In this document: in pieces, positions 59,739-64,000 of the stretch
Numbering within the stretch: position 1 is the first letter of the stretch
Layout: every line of letters starts with the position of its first letter
The notes under the pieces: model-generated
Seen by the model: the letters and a program-made list of their open reading frames with translations, nothing else
Told to the model about the DNA's origin: nothing
Database searches by the model: none
DNA from: Lytechinus pictus
Taxonomy: Eukaryota
Length of the DNA stretch: 64,000 bases
Direction: 5' to 3'
Assembly (NCBI RefSeq): GCF_037042905.1
Contig: NC_087245.1
Span: 372,001-436,000, forward strand
Program-made: the position numbers and the translations under genes

Positions 59739-62700
59739 CAGTGTGTCCCCCAAAAAACTATACACTTTTGAAATAGCTGCCAAATAAAAAATATATCACT
59801 TTGGGGGGAAAACACTTACATATTATGGAAGCCAATAAAGTCAACTTTTAAATAACACCAAAAAGTTGGAAAACTATTCATGCTTGAGCGAGCACTGCCC
59901 ACTGAAACAAAGGGTATGAAAATGAGGCTGGGCTGGAATTAGCCTTCCAATTTCTGTCAGTTTTTGAGAGGCAAATCCTTTGGAACTTGCAAAGTTAAGG
60001 GCGTTGTGATAAATCAATGATCAACCATGACCAGTTTGGGTTGTTTAAGCAAGTTTCATAAATTATTAAATCTAACTTTAATGCATGAGTGAACACAAAT
60101 TACGCTTTTGGGGCAGCATTTCAACTTTATCATGTGGATCTCAGCAATGTGTTCATGGGAGTCGGGAGAATAGGGGGTGAGATAGGACTAAGTGGGAGAA
60201 GTAGGTTGATAGAATAAGGGTCAACAGAATATTTAGCCCCCCCCCCTTCCTCTCTCCCGCCCTCTCCTTCTGTTGAATGACTGATTGCTATTGTCATGTA
60301 CACGTGAAGTCCAGAGCAGAATGTTGATTGAATGATAATATTCTGAATTGGGGCATCAACTTTTTCCTATCAATTAAATCAACTATTTCAATGTGCAATG
60401 TGATCAAACATTTTTTCAAAATTATTTCATAAATCATCATAATCAGTGAATTTCTTGGTAATCATTCAATAAAAAAAATGGCTATCAGCCACCGGTCACT
60501 TCAGTGGCAGTTAAGTTTTGAATAGGCTACAATCCTGGATGTGAGACAGAGGGGGGGGGGGGGGGCTGGGAAATGGAGGTGGAGGGAATAAATATGACTT
60601 TTAGTTTGTAAAAGGACAAAAAGAAGAGGAATGCCCTTTTAACCACTCATTCAATGAACAAGGTTATGATATAACCTTGTTCTCAGTTACATCTCCATGT
60701 GTGGCAAAATATAAGGGTGGCAATTTTGGCTTATTTTCTCTTTTTCTATGGGACAAATGCTTCTTTTTCTTACACTTTACATTAGACCAACATGTATTCA
60801 TCATATAACCTGGCTCTTATGTAAATTTGAATCTTTAAATTATTTTTTCTTAATTAAAAATAGAGATTGAAAAATGAAAATTATCTTGCCATATTACTTT
60901 CTACCAATTGAGAGCATACACAAAAATATGCCAAAAATTCTAGTTTTTGAGCGCTCTGGTAAATACAAAAATTATTCCCAAGTTACTAATGGAAAATAAA
61001 TTGCAACTGTATGGAAATTAGTAATTTTGGTCACAAAAGTGATATTTTAATGATTTTTTAAAGTGTGTGCTATGTACAGCATTGGCATACCATAGTCCTA
61101 CCTGTAGATTCCCCACAGGCAGGATCAGTCAGACCGCAGGTCCCTATGCTAATGAGCAAAAAGGCCTGGGGCCCGTTTCTCAACACATAGACAAGTTAGT
61201 CATATCTTTATCCACCAACCACGGAGTTAGTTCCAATCTTACTAAACCTGTTTCTCGAAAGGCTTCCTAACTAGAATACCTTGATATCGATACTATCGAT
61301 AAAAAGAGCAGACGAGACGTAGCCTTAGTCACAAAATAGCATAATTTTCAAAAAGAAAAATTATGACAAAATTGCAAATATTATGATGAATTGGGAAATA
61401 AATATTTTCAAAATAATAGCACAGGTAAATTATGCATCATACATACTTAGACCATGAAGACTGAATCATTCAATTGCAGAGAAAATTAAATTATGAATAA
61501 TTCATTTCAAGACTAAAAAATCACTTGTGGACGCTGAGATGGGTACCCCCGGGATACCCAATTTTAATAGTTTACGAAAGTAAACCATAACGGTTTTCTT
61601 TGTAAAATGATGATAATTATACGGACTTTTACGATTCCAAACGTCATCAAAATATAGTTTAACGAAACATTTTTAATCAATGATACCGAAAGATACGATA
61701 TTGGACAAATGATATGCATAAATTAGAGATAGAATTCATCTAACTGTTAATAGGGGTCTGAAAATAACAAATACGAGTTCAGTTATGGATGGCCTGACGT
61801 GGTAGAATCTTTATCGATTAAATCATTTTAATATTGCAAAATGAATGGTTTTGTGGCGTTTACCAACAGTTTTTATAGTTTCTTTGTATTACAATTATCA
61901 TTGAATGCATTAACCCACTTGTTATGTGATGTAATTTCAACCTCTTTGATTGATTACGTAAGATGATAATTTTAAAATTTCTAGGCACTTTCGCATGTCA
62001 TAGTCTACCCACGTGATGACACTACGTCATTAAGAAAGAAGTTATGACAGGTTCGGAGGTGTCATAAATATTTAGTGAGGTTGTTGTACCCGATCTTGGT
62101 AAAGAGGGCTTCGTGAAACGGTTAGCGGACAAGTAGCTCACTATCTCCGATTTAGTCATGAAGTTAGACTTATGACGGTGTTGAGAAACGGGCCCCAGAT
62201 TCATCCAAATCATCTCGTGGCTGAATCCTCCTCCTTGCAAAATCTCGCGATTCGTGAGATTTTGTTTCTCTAAGAATTTACCTGTTTTAACCTCAAGTTA
62301 AATAAAATATTATAGCACCATCAGATAGAGTAAATGTTACTCTTTCATATTGGTCATTTATTTTGTATACAATATTTTGTTAAATAAGTAAATTTCTGGC
62401 CTGAAAATGTGCCTCAAAACTGAATTTTCTTCCTGTTTTCTTTTGCAAATTGTGCAAAACTTTTTATTTTGAGCCTCAATGATATCTATATCACCATAAA
62501 GCTGAACTTCTGTACTTTCTCACAATGCCACTCTTGATATGCGGCACCTTTTAATCGGGTCAAGATCACACTTTTCCCACCAAGGTACAAGACGAGATTT
62601 CTGAAATTTTGTACTTGCATGAAACCCAGAATTCTGATTGGCTGGATAATGTTCACAGAACAACATGCGCGGGGTATTTGAGGAGATTACCACATGGGAA

Positions 62701-64000
62701 GTGTGACCTTCCCATGAACCCAGACACTGGAACCGTTGGAATTTGCCTGTGTGTGGTCTCTTTGACCAATCAGAGTGCAGTATTCTTGTTTTCAAGCTGC
62801 TTTATGTACTTGGCAAATGAAAAGTGTGATCTTGATCCGATTAAACCAATTCTTATTTTGAAACCTATATCATTTTAAAGCATACATATTCAGCTTAATC
62901 ATGATCTAAAAATCATTTGGGCTCAAACAAAAATAAAGTGTGAAAATAGCAGCTTTTGTCAGGTGAAAATAATTATTTTGTAGCATATTTTAGATAAAAT
63001 TTTAACCTATATTACAAAATCTTTGAATAAATTCAAACACATGACCTGAAAGAATGATTCTTCTTCTTTACAATACCAAATTCATGAAATTCGATGCACA
63101 ATTAGAGCAGCAATGACCGAATGAAAAGAGGCGTTTCGGTCCGCATCAATCTCATTAAATATGCAAAACATCTCAAGTCATGAATATCACTTGGATGAAA
63201 GAAGCCACTTTCTTGGGACCTGCCGTCTGACTGGGATGGTTGCAGTGAGAGTGCCTTTTAACCAAGTCTTACCATATCTCGCCCTCTTGCTTGTAACAGG
63301 TACCATCACATTACTCTCTCTCACGAACACACTGCTGAGGTCTACAAGATGAATATGCTACACTAAAATTACAATTCCTGTTCACTCATGCATTAAATTT
63401 CAATTTTCAATTCAATTTGCCTACGAAACCAAAACTGATCTCGTTCATTCATTTAGCATAACACCCTTAGCTTTGCAAGTTCCAAATGACTAACCACTCA
63501 AAAAACTGTAAGGCTATTCCTGTCCAGCCTAGCCGAGTTTAGTCTCTCAGGAGAGAAGTGGGGAGGGGGGGGGTAGAGATGGAGGGAGGGGTTGCTAAAT
63601 GTACTTGACCTACTTTAATAAGTCCTATCTTACCCCTATTCTCCTGATTCTTATGAACACAGTGCTGAGATCCACATGAAAAAGTCAAAATGCTGCACTA
63701 AAAATTGCAATTCATGATCACTCATGCATTAAATTTCAATTTAATAACGCATGAAATTTTCTCAAACAACAAACTGATCACAATTGATCATTAATTCATC
63801 ACATAACCCTCAACTTGCAAGTTCCAAAAAAAAACCGGACAAAAATTGGAAGCCCAGCCTAATTTTCATACCCTTTGTTTCAGAGGGCGGTGCTCGCCCA
63901 AGCATGAAAAGTTTTCCAACTTTTGGGTGTCATTTGAAAGTTGACTTTATTTGCTTTCTACATGTACCAGTATATGTCTTTTCCCCCAAAGTGATATATT
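59739..64000. mobile_element. Long-TIR Tc1/mariner-like non-autonomous element (right end beyond window) with nested insertions
   Basis: TA|cagtgtgtcccc start; ~59790-60260 matches the reverse complement of ~63560-64000. Confidence 0.7.
61166..62198. mobile_element. Nested Harbinger-like MITE
   Basis: Perfect inverted ends ctggggcccgtttctcaacac / gtgttgagaaacgggccccag. Confidence 0.8.

Noticed and set aside
63273..63341. Minus-strand AG...GT segment that looks like an exon
   Set aside because: Part of it is homologous to the repeated unit in the long TIR (compare ~63640-63700) and it has no recognisable protein similarity.

Overview
AT-rich, intron-rich eukaryotic DNA. The repeat landscape suggests a marine invertebrate such as a sea urchin, but this is inference only. 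Two convergent spliced genes are present. (1) On +, the last 16 coding exons of a transmembrane adenylate cyclase most similar to ADCY3 (6721-26969; C1a, C1b, TM7-12, C2, stop; 5' part lies upstream of the window). (2) On -, at least 7 exons (48496 to 39634, ~307 aa, first exon not found) of an SRA/YDG methyl-DNA-reader protein that is not canonical UHRF1: there is no adjacent PHD, no C-terminal RING, and an extended finger loop GTKNNPKNLRTAPQ. Introns and intergenic DNA are full of non-autonomous DNA transposons (Harbinger-, Kolobok-, hAT-, P-, Sola2-, Tc1- and Helentron-like), two tRNA-derived SINEs and minisatellites (42-bp with a 588-bp higher-order period, 59-bp over the cyclase stop codon, 29-bp). 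Near 58.6-59.4 kb lie a Penelope-type minimal hammerhead motif, a 2A-like NPGP remnant and a perfect 67-bp palindrome. The longest ORFs in the supplied track are repeat artefacts. Transposon superfamily labels come from termini and target-site duplications (TSDs), not from database searches.
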